Part shown: piece by piece, positions 48,963 to 58,509 of the stretch
Numbering within the stretch: position 1 is the stretch's first letter
How the letters are laid out: each line of letters opens with the position of its first letter
NCBI GenBank assembly: GCA_963978095.1
Contig: CAXBQP010000001.1
Coordinates: 32,001 to 96,000, forward strand
Direction: 5' to 3'
DNA length: 64,000 nucleotides
Source of the DNA: an uncultured bacterium
GTDB lineage: Bacteria > Gemmatimonadota > Gemmatimonadetes > Gemmatimonadales > Gemmatimonadaceae
Made by a program: the position numbers and the translations under genes
Notes under the pieces: generated by a model
Told to the model about the DNA's origin: nothing
What the model saw: the letters and a program-made list of their open reading frames with translations, nothing else
The model's database searches: none

Positions 48963-49520
48963 CTACTCGGCGGGGTCCGGTTGGCGCCACAGGAGGATCG
49001 CGAGCAGGACGGCGCCGACGGTCACGAACGAATCGGCGACGTTGAAGGTGTAGAACCGGCTGTCGGCGAGTCCGACATCGAGGAAATCCACCACGCCGCG
49101 CACCGACCGGATGCGATCGATGAGATTGCCGACGGCACCCGAGGCGATCAGGCCGAGTGCGACGACTTGCGCGCGATCGTCCTGCCGCGTCTCGAGCAGC
49201 ATGCGAAAGAGGACCACGAACATCACGGCGGCGATCACGCTGAAGACGATCCGCGACGACGCCCCGAACGACAGGTTCATGGCCGCTCCCGGATTGTAGA
49301 TCAGGGTGAACCGGAGGAACTCCCCGATCACCCGGCGCGGCACATGCGGTACCAGGGCCGCTTCGATGACACGCTTGCTCACGTAGTCGATCAGGACGCC
49401 GCCCAGGACCAGCGACCAGAACAGGCGGTCTCTCGCCCCCCGCAGGGCGGCGGGGGGCGGCGGCGCCTCGACCATTGGCGCGTCCGGCGAAGCGAGCGTG
49501 GATTCCAGTGGATTCGTCAT
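48963..49520 (-). CDS. lspA: Lipoprotein signal peptidase II
   Basis: DYVSK, YNPGAA, GAVGNLIDR, VVDFL, FNVAD. Confidence 0.93.
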   Translation of the reverse strand: MTNPLESTLASPDAPMVEAPPPPAALRGARDRLFWSLVLGGVLIDYVSKRVIEAALVPHVPRRVIGEFLRFTLIYNPGAAMNLSFGASSRIVFSVIAAVMFVVLFRMLLETRQDDRAQVVALGLIASGAVGNLIDRIRSVRGVVDFLDVGLADSRFYTFNVADSFVTVGAVLLAILLWRQPDPAE

Positions 49521-49566
49521 GTGCAAGAATAAGCGTCCCGGGGAAAGATACCGCTAAGTTTCGTCT

Positions 49567-52086
49567 GTGCGACTCCCTCCCCTGCCGATCGACGCCGTCC
49601 TCCCCGACCTGCTCTCGGTCCTCGAGCGTGGGACGCGGGCCGTGCTGCAGGCGCCGCCGGGTGCGGGAAAGACGACCCGCGTGCCACTCGCACTGCTCGG
49701 CGGGTCCTGGCGCGGTGACGGCCGCATCGTGATGCTCGAGCCGCGTCGGCTCGCGACACGCGCGTCGGCGAGACACATGGCGCAGCTCCTGGGAGAATCC
49801 GTCGGGACAACGGTCGGCTACCGCGTGCGGGGAGACTCCGCGGTCTCACACCGGACGCGCGTGGAGGTGGTGACCGAGGGAGTGCTCACGCGCATGGTGC
49901 AGGATGACCCCGCGCTCGAGGGCGTGGCCGCAGTCGTATTCGACGAGTTCCATGAGCGCAATCTCGTCGCCGATCTCGGCCTCGCCCTCGTATTGCAGAG
50001 TGCGGCCCTGGTGCGTCCCGAGCTGCGCATCGTGGTGATGTCCGCCACCCTCGACGGGAGCCGAGTTGCCGCGATGCTCGATGACGCGCCCATCGTGACC
50101 TCCGAGGGCCGGATGTTCCCGGTCGAGACGATTCACGTGGCGCGGCGCGATGGCCAGCGGTTGGAGGGCACGGTGGCGGCCGCGGTGGAGCGCGCGTTGC
50201 GCGAACAGGACGGGGACGTGCTCGTATTCCTTCCCGGAGCGGCAGAGATCCGCCGGACGCACGCGCTGTTGACGGCCGGCACGCTCCCCGCACTGATAGA
50301 CGTGTACCCGCTCCACGGCACGATGCCGCCAGAGCAGCAGGACCGCGCGATCGCGCCGAGTCTACCAGGGCGGCGTAAGGTGGTGCTGGCGACGTCGGTG
50401 GCCGAGACGAGTCTTACGATTGAAGGGGTCCGCGTCGTGATCGACAGCGGAGTGAGTCGGGTCCCCCGTTTCTCGCCGCGTACGGGAATGACGCGACTCG
50501 AGACCGTTCGGGTGGCCCGTGACGCCGCGGACCAGCGCCGCGGCCGCGCTGGGCGTGTGGCCCCTGGCGTCTGCTATCGGTGCTGGGCGAGTGACGAGGA
50601 GGTGCAACTGCTGGCGCGACGGGCGCCAGAGATCACCGAAGCGGACCTCGCGCCGCTCGCGCTGGAACTCGGAGTGGCCGGCATCACCGACCCGTCCACG
50701 CTGCGGTGGCTCGACCCTCCCCCGGAAGGAGCGCTGCGCCACGCGCGTCGGGTGCTGGAGACGCTGGGCGCGTGTTCGCCTGACGGGCGCATCACCGCCC
50801 ACGGCCGGGCGATGGCGGCGATGGGCCTCCATCCGCGTCTGGCGCACATGGTGATCGTCGCCCAGGAACGCAACGCGACCGCGGTGGGCTGCGACCTCGC
50901 GGCCCTGCTCGCGGAACGCGACATCCTCCGGCGTGACGAGGCGGTTCGTGATCCCGATCTCAGGACCCGACTCGAGTTGCTCTGCCATCCGCACGGCGCG
51001 GACGATCCGCGAGTGGACCGCGGCCGCTGGTTCCAGGTGCGTGACGAGGCGCGTCGACTCCGGGCGGAGATGGGTGCGAGCGATCGGGCGCGGACCGAGG
51101 ACCAGGGACAACCGCTCGTCCCCGAGGACGCGTCGCTACTGGCCGCGCTGGCGTACCCCGACCGGGTCGCCCTCGCGCGCCCGGGGGCTCGCGGCCGTTT
51201 CCTCATGCGGAATGGTGGGGCCGCCCGTGTGGACGATCGATCACCGCTCGCCGACGCGGAGGCGTTGTGCATCACGGAGACGGACGGCGGGACCGGTGAA
51301 GCGCACGTGTATCTCGCGGCGCCGCTCCGCGCGCCGGACCTCGACACGCTCTTCGGCCACGAGGCCATCCGGCACGAGGTGGTCGAGTACGATGCGCAGC
51401 ACGACCTGATCCGCGCCGTGCGACGCCGCACGCTCGGCGCGCTGGTGCTCGAGGAGCGCGCCCTGCACTCCCCAGACCCCGCGTTGATCGGTGCGGCGTG
51501 GGTCCCCGTCATCCGCGCGAATGGCCTGGCGAGTCTCACCTGGAGCGATGCGGCACGCGCCCTGCGCGCGCGCGTGCAGTTCGCCCGGACCATCGATGCG
51601 CGCTGGCCGGACTGGTCGGACGCCGCGTTGCTCGCCGCCATCGACGGGTGGCTCGCACCGTCGCTGGCCGGTGTCATGCGCCGTACCGCGATCGACCGCG
51701 TGGACATCGCCGCAGCGCTGCGATCCCAGCTCGACGGACGACAACTCGCGGAGCTGGACCGCGTCGCCCCCACGCACGTGGAAGTCCCGACCGGGTCGAG
51801 GATTCCGGTGGACTACAGCGACCCGCTCGCCCCGGTGCTGGCGGTCCGCCTGCAGGAGATGTTCGGCGCGACGGCAACGCCCTGCGTCGGCGGCGGTCGC
51901 GTCCCTCTCACGCTCCACCTGCTCTCCCCCGCGCATCGGCCCGTACAAGTCACGCGCGATCTGGCGGGCTTCTGGGCGAGCAGCTATTTCGCGGTCCGCA
52001 AAGACCTGCGGGGGCGGTATCCTCGGCATCCGTGGCCCGAGGATCCACTCCTCGCCGCGCCGACCCGACGCGCAAAACCGCGCTAG
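49567..52086 (+). CDS. hrpB: ATP-dependent RNA helicase HrpB
   Basis: APPGAGKTT, DEFHER, MSAT, QRRGRAGR, VRLQEMFG, GRYPRHPWP. Confidence 0.95.
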   Translation: MRLPPLPIDAVLPDLLSVLERGTRAVLQAPPGAGKTTRVPLALLGGSWRGDGRIVMLEPRRLATRASARHMAQLLGESVGTTVGYRVRGDSAVSHRTRVEVVTEGVLTRMVQDDPALEGVAAVVFDEFHERNLVADLGLALVLQSAALVRPELRIVVMSATLDGSRVAAMLDDAPIVTSEGRMFPVETIHVARRDGQRLEGTVAAAVERALREQDGDVLVFLPGAAEIRRTHALLTAGTLPALIDVYPLHGTMPPEQQDRAIAPSLPGRRKVVLATSVAETSLTIEGVRVVIDSGVSRVPRFSPRTGMTRLETVRVARDAADQRRGRAGRVAPGVCYRCWASDEEVQLLARRAPEITEADLAPLALELGVAGITDPSTLRWLDPPPEGALRHARRVLETLGACSPDGRITAHGRAMAAMGLHPRLAHMVIVAQERNATAVGCDLAALLAERDILRRDEAVRDPDLRTRLELLCHPHGADDPRVDRGRWFQVRDEARRLRAEMGASDRARTEDQGQPLVPEDASLLAALAYPDRVALARPGARGRFLMRNGGAARVDDRSPLADAEALCITETDGGTGEAHVYLAAPLRAPDLDTLFGHEAIRHEVVEYDAQHDLIRAVRRRTLGALVLEERALHSPDPALIGAAWVPVIRANGLASLTWSDAARALRARVQFARTIDARWPDWSDAALLAAIDGWLAPSLAGVMRRTAIDRVDIAAALRSQLDGRQLAELDRVAPTHVEVPTGSRIPVDYSDPLAPVLAVRLQEMFGATATPCVGGGRVPLTLHLLSPAHRPVQVTRDLAGFWASSYFAVRKDLRGRYPRHPWPEDPLLAAPTRRAKPR

Positions 52087-52338
52087 CCATGTTCCGGCGG
52101 AGTTGCCGCGCCGTGACTCGCACTCGGATGCGAGCCGGGATCGTGCTGGTCGCCACCATTGGCGCACCACGCGCGGGCGCACAATAATCACAGGGTCTGC
52201 ACGCCAGCGTCGGCGTGGTCCCGGACTTCTCGGTCGCCGTCGTGGCGAGAACGCCACAGGCGGAGGATTCGCTGACCCGACCGCGAGAACGGCGGCGCAT
52301 ACGGCGGCAGGCGGTTCCCCGTGCCGGGACGGCCGCGC

Positions 52339-52635
52339 TCATTTTCGCGTGACGGTCTCTTCCTTCATGACAGTCTTCGCGAACCAGAACACCACGAAGG
52401 CGACGATGACGAAGTCGATGGCGGCACCGGCCACACGCCCGAGTTCGAACGCGATCGGGCCCGGCGTCTTGAAGTTGCGCCAGTCGCCGCCGGGGATGAG
52501 TGCGCCGATGAACGGCATCAGCAGACCGTCCACCATGGCCTTCACAAGGTCGCCGAGCTTCCCGCCGATGACGACCGCGATGGCCAAACCGATGACGCCG
52601 TACTGCCTGAGAAACGTGGTGAACTCTTTCAACAC
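52339..52635 (-). CDS. mscL: Large-conductance mechanosensitive channel MscL
   Basis: MLKEFTTFLRQYGVIGLAIAVVIGG, two TMs; AGGAG RBS. Confidence 0.88.
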   Translation of the reverse strand: MLKEFTTFLRQYGVIGLAIAVVIGGKLGDLVKAMVDGLLMPFIGALIPGGDWRNFKTPGPIAFELGRVAGAAIDFVIVAFVVFWFAKTVMKEETVTRK

Positions 52636-52709
52636 GGTGGAGCGCTCCTGTCGGAGGTGAGTGGTGCGACGTCGACGCCCCGAAGTTGCGACGTCAGAAG
52701 CCGGTTGTC

Positions 52710-52736
52710 CACGACACCCGCATGACCGGCGTTTCA
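52710..52736 (-). promoter_or_regulatory. ECF-type promoter (TGAAAC-N17-CGTG) upstream of mscL
   Basis: Minus strand reads TGAAACgccggtcatgcgggtgtCGTG. Confidence 0.55.
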
Positions 52737-52824
52737 GTTGTGGGAGCACGCGCGCCGTCGTAGTATGGAACACGGGCCTGAGGGGCCCGCTGCGATCCCA
52801 CGCCCTTTCTCGCGGAGCCGCTGG

Positions 52825-53586
52825 ATGAGGTCGTTGCCCCCCGGAGCGAGCACCGCTGCGCGACGCGCACTCGCACGCGCGCTCGCACTCGCCTGTGCGT
52901 CGTGGAGTTCCGTCGCCGGCGCGCAGAAACCAGCGGTCAAACGCATCAACTGGCAGGCGGATCTGGGCTACGTGAGCGCGACGGGAAACACCGACGTCAC
53001 CACGATGAGCGTGGGCGACAAGATCGTCCACACCCTCAATGCCTGGACCTTCACGCAGACGGGCGCGTACATCTACGGTCGCACCAAGGGAAAGGAAAGC
53101 GCCAACCAACTCCGACTCAGTGTCCGCGCCGATGCCTCGTTCAACGGGGTGGTGGGTGCCTTCGCGGGGGTCGCCTATGAACGCAACGTGTACGCCGGAT
53201 TCGCCTCCCGATACGACCAACTGCTCGGCATCCAGTGGCGGGCCATTCGCGGCACCAGGGACTCCCTGACCGTCGACGGCGGTGGCGTACTTACTCTGCA
53301 GGAGAACACCCTGGGAGAGCAGGCACGACTCCCGGCGGCGCGTACCGCCGTGAACTACAAACACGCGTTCACCAACAAGGCGACCGTGCAGCATCTGTCT
53401 GAGGTCATTCCCGACGTGAAATCGGGGGGACACTTTCGTCTCAACAGCGAGACCGCGATGGTCGCCCCGCTTTCCGAGCACATGAGCCTCAAGGTGCGAT
53501 GGGCGACCCGCTTCAACAGCGCCCCAACGACCGGCTTCGGCACCACCGACCGCGTATTCACGGCCGGGGTCCAGGTCGCATACTGA
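52825..53586 (+). CDS. DUF481/YdiY-like outer membrane beta-barrel
   Basis: ADLGYVSATGNTD, alternating strands, TDRVFTAGVQVAY; start approximate. Confidence 0.8.
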   Translation: MRSLPPGASTAARRALARALALACASWSSVAGAQKPAVKRINWQADLGYVSATGNTDVTTMSVGDKIVHTLNAWTFTQTGAYIYGRTKGKESANQLRLSVRADASFNGVVGAFAGVAYERNVYAGFASRYDQLLGIQWRAIRGTRDSLTVDGGGVLTLQENTLGEQARLPAARTAVNYKHAFTNKATVQHLSEVIPDVKSGGHFRLNSETAMVAPLSEHMSLKVRWATRFNSAPTTGFGTTDRVFTAGVQVAY

Positions 53587-53604
53587 GCCACGACCGACCC
53601 CCGG

Positions 53605-54177
53605 ATGGGAGCGACCCTCGCGACACTGCTGCAAGCGGTCGCGCTCGCCTACGCGAGCGGTATCAGCCTCTATGCCACCGTTGCGCTGATCGGGATCGCT
53701 GAGCGGTGGGGGTGGGTCCCCGCGGTCCCTGCCCCGCTCGACCACTTGGCATCGCCGTGGATCGTGGGGATCGCCTTCGTGCTCACGGTCGTCGAGTTCC
53801 TGGCGACGCTGATTCCCGGCGTCGCGTCCGCGTGGGACGCCGCCCACAGCCTGATTCGCCCCCCGGCCGCAGCGGCGATGGCGATCCTGGTCGCGTGGAA
53901 CGGCGATCCCACGCTCATCCTGGCCGCGGGACTGCTCGGCGGATCGATCGGATTGGCGACCCACGCCACGAAACTCGGGGTGCGGCTCGCGGTGGACAGC
54001 TCCCCGGAGCCGATCACGAATGCCGTCGCCAACAGCGGGGAGTTGGCGATGGTCACCCTGATCGTCACTTTTGTCTGGCAACACCCGACGCTCACTCTCG
54101 CAGGGGCACTCGCGATGCTCGGCCTGGTCTGGCTCACGGTGCGCACCGTGTGGCGCACCCTGCGCTCCGCGCGTTAG
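53605..54177 (+). CDS. DUF4126 family membrane protein
   Basis: ASGISLYAT, IPGVASAWD..HSLIRP, SPEPITN. Confidence 0.8.
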   Translation: MGATLATLLQAVALAYASGISLYATVALIGIAERWGWVPAVPAPLDHLASPWIVGIAFVLTVVEFLATLIPGVASAWDAAHSLIRPPAAAAMAILVAWNGDPTLILAAGLLGGSIGLATHATKLGVRLAVDSSPEPITNAVANSGELAMVTLIVTFVWQHPTLTLAGALAMLGLVWLTVRTVWRTLRSAR

Positions 54178-54545
54178 GAGCCCTGCCCGAACACCTCGAC
54201 GAAGGTCAACGAGTTCCCGTCGATGTCGAGCACCACGAACTCAGTGGTCCCCCACGGCTTGGCGGCGATGTCCCCCTCCGGGTGGATGACGCCGCGCTCG
54301 CGATACCGCGCGTAGAGCTTCCGGATCTCGGTGACTTCGATCCGGCAGCTGGAGTTCGGCGGCAGCGTCGGATCCTCCGTGCGCCAGAAGTGTACTTCGA
54401 TCGCGTCCCGGCGCACGCCGCCGTACTCCCCAGCATTGAAGTCATGCTTGAACTCCAGCACGTCGACGAAGAAGTCGATGGCGCGGCGCACGTTGGCGAC
54501 GGGGAGCATCGGGATACCGCGGGCGAAGTACGGCTGGGCAGACAT
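54174..54545 (-). CDS. VOC/glyoxalase-bleomycin resistance family protein
   Basis: PMLPVANVRRAIDFF, KPWGTTEFVVLDIDGN. Confidence 0.88.
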   Translation of the reverse strand: MSAQPYFARGIPMLPVANVRRAIDFFVDVLEFKHDFNAGEYGGVRRDAIEVHFWRTEDPTLPPNSSCRIEVTEIRKLYARYRERGVIHPEGDIAAKPWGTTEFVVLDIDGNSLTFVEVFGQGS

Positions 54546-54717
54546 ATGGACCGTGTCACGGTGGGGGGTCCCGGGAAACTTCGAGTCCTGCACGTGGCGG
54601 AAGAAACGCATTCTCCTTGCCGGAGGGAAGCCCCGTGCCGTTTCCTCCTTTCGCCCGCGCGCAGCACAAGGCATCTTCTGTGGGCGAGTTTCTGCCCTGT
54701 CCCCGACCGGAGTCCGC

Positions 54718-55455
54718 ATGACCGTACGTACCTCGATGTCCTGCCTCGCGCTCGCCGCTCTCGCGTGGTCCTGCACTCCGGCGGCCTCTGGCGGTTCCGG
54801 CAGTGCGCCCCGCCCCGCCGCGACGCCGGCATCGACCAACAGCGCCGCACGGAATGCGGGGGCCTGGACCCCGTTGTTCGACGGCACCTCGTTCACGGGC
54901 TGGCGCGGCTACAAAGTCGACACCGTGCCGAGTGGCTGGCGCGTGGTTGACGGAACCATCGCCAAGACCCGACCGGTCGAGGACATCGTCACCGTCAAGG
55001 AATACGGGGATTTCGAGCTCGAGATCGAATGGAAGATCGGGCGCGCCGGGAACAGCGGCATCTTCTACCGCGGCACGGAAGAATACGATCACATCTACTG
55101 GACTGCCCCGGAGTACCAGCTGCTCGACGACAGTCTCGCCAGCGACAACAAGACGCGACTGACCTGCGCCGGCGCGGCGTACGGACTCTACCCCTCCCCC
55201 GCGGGACATCTGAAGCCGGTCGGTGAGTGGAACAGCACCAGGATCGTCGCGCGCGGCAACCATGTCGAACATTGGCTGAACGGGTTCAAACTGCTCGAGT
55301 ACGAACTGAACAGTCCCGAATGGCTCGGCCTGGTCGCAAAGAGCAAGTTCAACGCCTGGCCCAACTACGGCCGCAACAAGAAGGGCCACATCGCATTGCA
55401 GGGGGACCACACGGGAACCCTCGCGTTCCGCAACATCCGGATCCGGGAGTTCTAA
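54718..55455 (+). CDS. DUF1080 (3-keto-disaccharide hydrolase family) lipoprotein
   Basis: Lipobox-like AWSC; WTPLFDG, GNSGIFY, EYQLLD, GHIALQGDH..FRNIRI. Confidence 0.88.
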   Translation: MTVRTSMSCLALAALAWSCTPAASGGSGSAPRPAATPASTNSAARNAGAWTPLFDGTSFTGWRGYKVDTVPSGWRVVDGTIAKTRPVEDIVTVKEYGDFELEIEWKIGRAGNSGIFYRGTEEYDHIYWTAPEYQLLDDSLASDNKTRLTCAGAAYGLYPSPAGHLKPVGEWNSTRIVARGNHVEHWLNGFKLLEYELNSPEWLGLVAKSKFNAWPNYGRNKKGHIALQGDHTGTLAFRNIRIREF

Positions 55456-56667
55456 ATGAGCACCGTCCGCACGAAACTCAGCGTCATGATGTTCCTCCAG
55501 TTCTTCGTTTGGGGAAGCTGGTTCGTCACCATGGGAACGTATCTGGGGTCCACCCTCAAGTTCTCGGACGCGCAGATCGGTCTTGCCTACGGCGCCACCG
55601 CCATCGCCGCACTGATCGCGCCCTTCTTCATGGGGATCATCGCCGACCGGTTCTTCGCCAGCGAGAGACTGCTCGCGATCCTGCACCTGATCGGTGCGGC
55701 CCTGATGTACCTGGTCAGTACGCGCACGACGTTCGGTGAGTTCTATCCGCTGGTGATCGCCTACGCGATCTGCTACATGCCGACGCTCTCGCTCACGAGC
55801 TCGATTTCCTTTCAACACATCCCGGACCCGGCGAAAGACTTTCCGCTGATCCGCGTGCTCGGGACCATCGGCTGGATCGTGGCCGGAACCGTCGTGGGCA
55901 AGATGCATGCGGAGACGTCCGCGCTGCCCATGCAGCTCGCCGCCGGCGCCTCGGTGCTGCTCGGCGTGTTCTCCCTGCTGCTGCCCCACACCCCGCCGAA
56001 AGCGGCCGGCGCGCCGTTCAGCGTGCGGGATGCGCTCGGGCTCGATGCGCTCGCCCTGCTCAAGAACACGGACTTCCTGATCTTCGTCCTCGGGTCGTTC
56101 CTGCTCTGCGTCCCGCTGCAGTTCTACTACACCTTCGCCAATCCGTTCCTGAATGAGATCGGCGCGCCGGAACCGGCGTTCATCCAGAGCTTCGGGCAGT
56201 GGAGCGAGATCGGCTTCATGGTGCTGCTCCCCTTCTTCCTCCGGCGATTCGGCATCAAGGTCGTGATGCTTGGCGGGATGCTCGCGTGGGGACTGCGCTA
56301 TTTCGCCTTCGCGCAGGGGAACACGGGCACGGGGATGTGGCTCCTGTGGGCGGGCATCCTGCTCCACGGCGTCTGCTACGATTTCTTCTTCGTCAGCGGT
56401 CAGATCTACACCGACCAGCGCGCCGGAGAGCGGATCCGCGGCGCCGCCCAAGGCTTCTACAATTTCGTGACCAATGGCCTGGGGTATTTCGTCGGATCGT
56501 ATGTGTCCGGCGCCGTGGTGGGTGGTCACGCGGTGACCGATGCCGCAGGCAAGACGACGCACGATTGGGCCGCCATCTGGCCGATTCCCGCGATGGGCGC
56601 GCTCGCGGTGTTCGTCCTCTTCTTCCTGCTGTTCCGTCCGAACGCCGCGACCCCTGCGGCCCGCTGA
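55456..56667 (+). CDS. MFS nucleoside:H+ symporter family permease (NupG/YegT-like)
   Basis: [38 protein letters not shown]. Confidence 0.9.
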   Translation: MSTVRTKLSVMMFLQFFVWGSWFVTMGTYLGSTLKFSDAQIGLAYGATAIAALIAPFFMGIIADRFFASERLLAILHLIGAALMYLVSTRTTFGEFYPLVIAYAICYMPTLSLTSSISFQHIPDPAKDFPLIRVLGTIGWIVAGTVVGKMHAETSALPMQLAAGASVLLGVFSLLLPHTPPKAAGAPFSVRDALGLDALALLKNTDFLIFVLGSFLLCVPLQFYYTFANPFLNEIGAPEPAFIQSFGQWSEIGFMVLLPFFLRRFGIKVVMLGGMLAWGLRYFAFAQGNTGTGMWLLWAGILLHGVCYDFFFVSGQIYTDQRAGERIRGAAQGFYNFVTNGLGYFVGSYVSGAVVGGHAVTDAAGKTTHDWAAIWPIPAMGALAVFVLFFLLFRPNAATPAAR

Positions 56668-56680
56668 TCGCGAGGTTCCC

Positions 56681-57331
56681 GTGACGGTCATCGTCGAAGC
56701 CGCCGTCGACACGTTCGTGGATGCCCTGGCCGCGCAGGGCGAGGGCGTGCATCGCCTCGAACTGTGCGGTCCGCTGCATGAGGGGGGCACGACGCCGAGT
56801 GCGGGGCTCATCGCCCGCTGTTCGGAGAAACTGCTCGTATCCGTGCACGCGCTGATTCGTCCGCGTGCGGGCAGCTTCGTCTACTGCGACGACGAAATCG
56901 AGATCATGAAGAAGGACATCGCCATCGCCAAGGAACTTGGCGTGGATGGCGTGGTGATCGGCGCCCTCACGCCGGACGACGACGTGGACGTCGAGGCGAT
57001 GGCGCAGTTGATCGCGGTGGCCTCAGGATTGCGCGTCGGTTTCCACCGCGCCTTCGATCAGGTCCGGGATCAATCCGAGGCCCTCGAACTGCTCGTCTCG
57101 CTGCAGGTGGATCACATCCTCACCAGCGGCGCCGGCAAGACGGCGATGGACGGAGCGGATCGGCTCCACGCGCTCGTGGAGCGGGCCGGCGATCGGGTCG
57201 AGATCATCGCTGGCGGATCGGTGTCGGCGGAGAATGTCGTGGATCTCGTGGCGCGCACCGGTGTGCGCGCCGTGCACGGGCGCGCCTTCCGTGGGGTCCC
57301 GCAACGCCTGCGCCCCGTCCATCACTCGTAA
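56681..57331 (+). CDS. cutC: CutC family protein
   Basis: RLELC, GGTTPS, IRPRAGSFVY, FHRAFD, ILTSG. Confidence 0.92.
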   Translation: MTVIVEAAVDTFVDALAAQGEGVHRLELCGPLHEGGTTPSAGLIARCSEKLLVSVHALIRPRAGSFVYCDDEIEIMKKDIAIAKELGVDGVVIGALTPDDDVDVEAMAQLIAVASGLRVGFHRAFDQVRDQSEALELLVSLQVDHILTSGAGKTAMDGADRLHALVERAGDRVEIIAGGSVSAENVVDLVARTGVRAVHGRAFRGVPQRLRPVHHS

Positions 57332-57337
57332 CCACGC

Positions 57338-58288
57338 ATGCGTCGTACGCTGGTCATACTGCTCGGAGCGCTGGTGCTCACCACGGGCGGGTTCATCGCT
57401 GCCACCTGGGCGCCGGACAGGACGGTCGCCGAGTTGCAACCCAAATGGGCCCCCGCCCCATCGCGCTTCATTGCGATCCGCGGGATGCAGGCGCATGTTC
57501 GCGACGAGGGACCGCGCGAGGATCCCGAACCGATCGTGTTGCTGCACGGAACGTCGTCGAGCCTTCACACCTGGGACGGATGGGCCGACGCACTGCGATC
57601 GACGCGCCGCGTGATTCGCATGGATCTTCCAGGCTTCGGGCTGACAGGTCCGGCGCCGGACCAGGACTACACGATCGGATCCTACGTGCGTTTCGTCCAA
57701 GCCGTCCTCGACTCGCTGGGCGTCACCCGATCCGTGCTGATCGGCAACTCACTCGGCGGACAGATCGCCTGGAATCTCGCCCTCGCCGATCGCGCGCGCG
57801 TCACGAGGCTCGTGCTGGTTGACGCAGCGGGTTTCCCCATCAACTCGACGTCGGTGCCCATCGGATTCCGCCTCGCGCGGAGTGCCGTCGGGGGAAAGTT
57901 GATGCGCTACCTGCTTCCGCGCTTCATTGTCGAGTCGAGCGTGCGGAATGTGTTTGGCGACCCCGCGAAGGTCACGCCGGAGTTGGTCGATCGCTATTAC
58001 GATCTGACCTTGCGCGCGGGGAACCGCGCCGCCATCGTGGCCCGTTTCCAGCAATCGAGTGCACCGTCACCGGTGGACCGGTTACCTGAGCTTCTGATGC
58101 CGACGCTGATTCTCTGGGGGGACCGCGACCGGTTGATTGCCCCTGCGACGGCCGAACGCTTTCGGCAATCGATCCCGGGAAGCCGCGTCATCCGGTTCGC
58201 GGCGCTGGGACATGTTCCCCACGAGGAGGATCCCGTGTCCACGTTGCCGCCGCTCCGGGAATTCCTCGCATCGGCCCTCACGCATTAG
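57338..58288 (+). CDS. Alpha/beta hydrolase with N-terminal anchor
   Basis: LLHG, DLPGFG, GNSLGG nucleophile elbow, WGDRD, GHVPHEE. Confidence 0.92.
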   Translation: MRRTLVILLGALVLTTGGFIAATWAPDRTVAELQPKWAPAPSRFIAIRGMQAHVRDEGPREDPEPIVLLHGTSSSLHTWDGWADALRSTRRVIRMDLPGFGLTGPAPDQDYTIGSYVRFVQAVLDSLGVTRSVLIGNSLGGQIAWNLALADRARVTRLVLVDAAGFPINSTSVPIGFRLARSAVGGKLMRYLLPRFIVESSVRNVFGDPAKVTPELVDRYYDLTLRAGNRAAIVARFQQSSAPSPVDRLPELLMPTLILWGDRDRLIAPATAERFRQSIPGSRVIRFAALGHVPHEEDPVSTLPPLREFLASALTH

Positions 58289-58451
58289 GATCTCCCTCGC
58301 GGAAACGGTCGGCCCGTTGGCCGGACGCGCGCACCAGGGGACTGCGGCGTCACCGGCGCGGACGCTGTCTGGTGCGATTCTTGCGGTATTTCCCTGCAAC
58401 CGGGTACAGCGGTCGGCACCCGCACCTCGACCGCACCGCCAAGAATCCTTT

Positions 58452-58464
58452 CAAGTCATTGATT
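58452..58464 (-). promoter_or_regulatory. IHF-consensus site
   Basis: Minus strand reads AATCAATGACTTG = WATCAANNNNTTR, in an AT-rich patch. Confidence 0.5.
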
Positions 58465-58509
58465 TGCAATGTTTTACGGAAACATCACTCGAATCGGGAC
58501 TGTCCGCTC

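Noticed and set aside
52339..54084. 581-aa ORF ending in MscL
   Set aside because: The extension is antisense to the DUF481 and DUF4126 genes; mscL has its own RBS and start at 52635.
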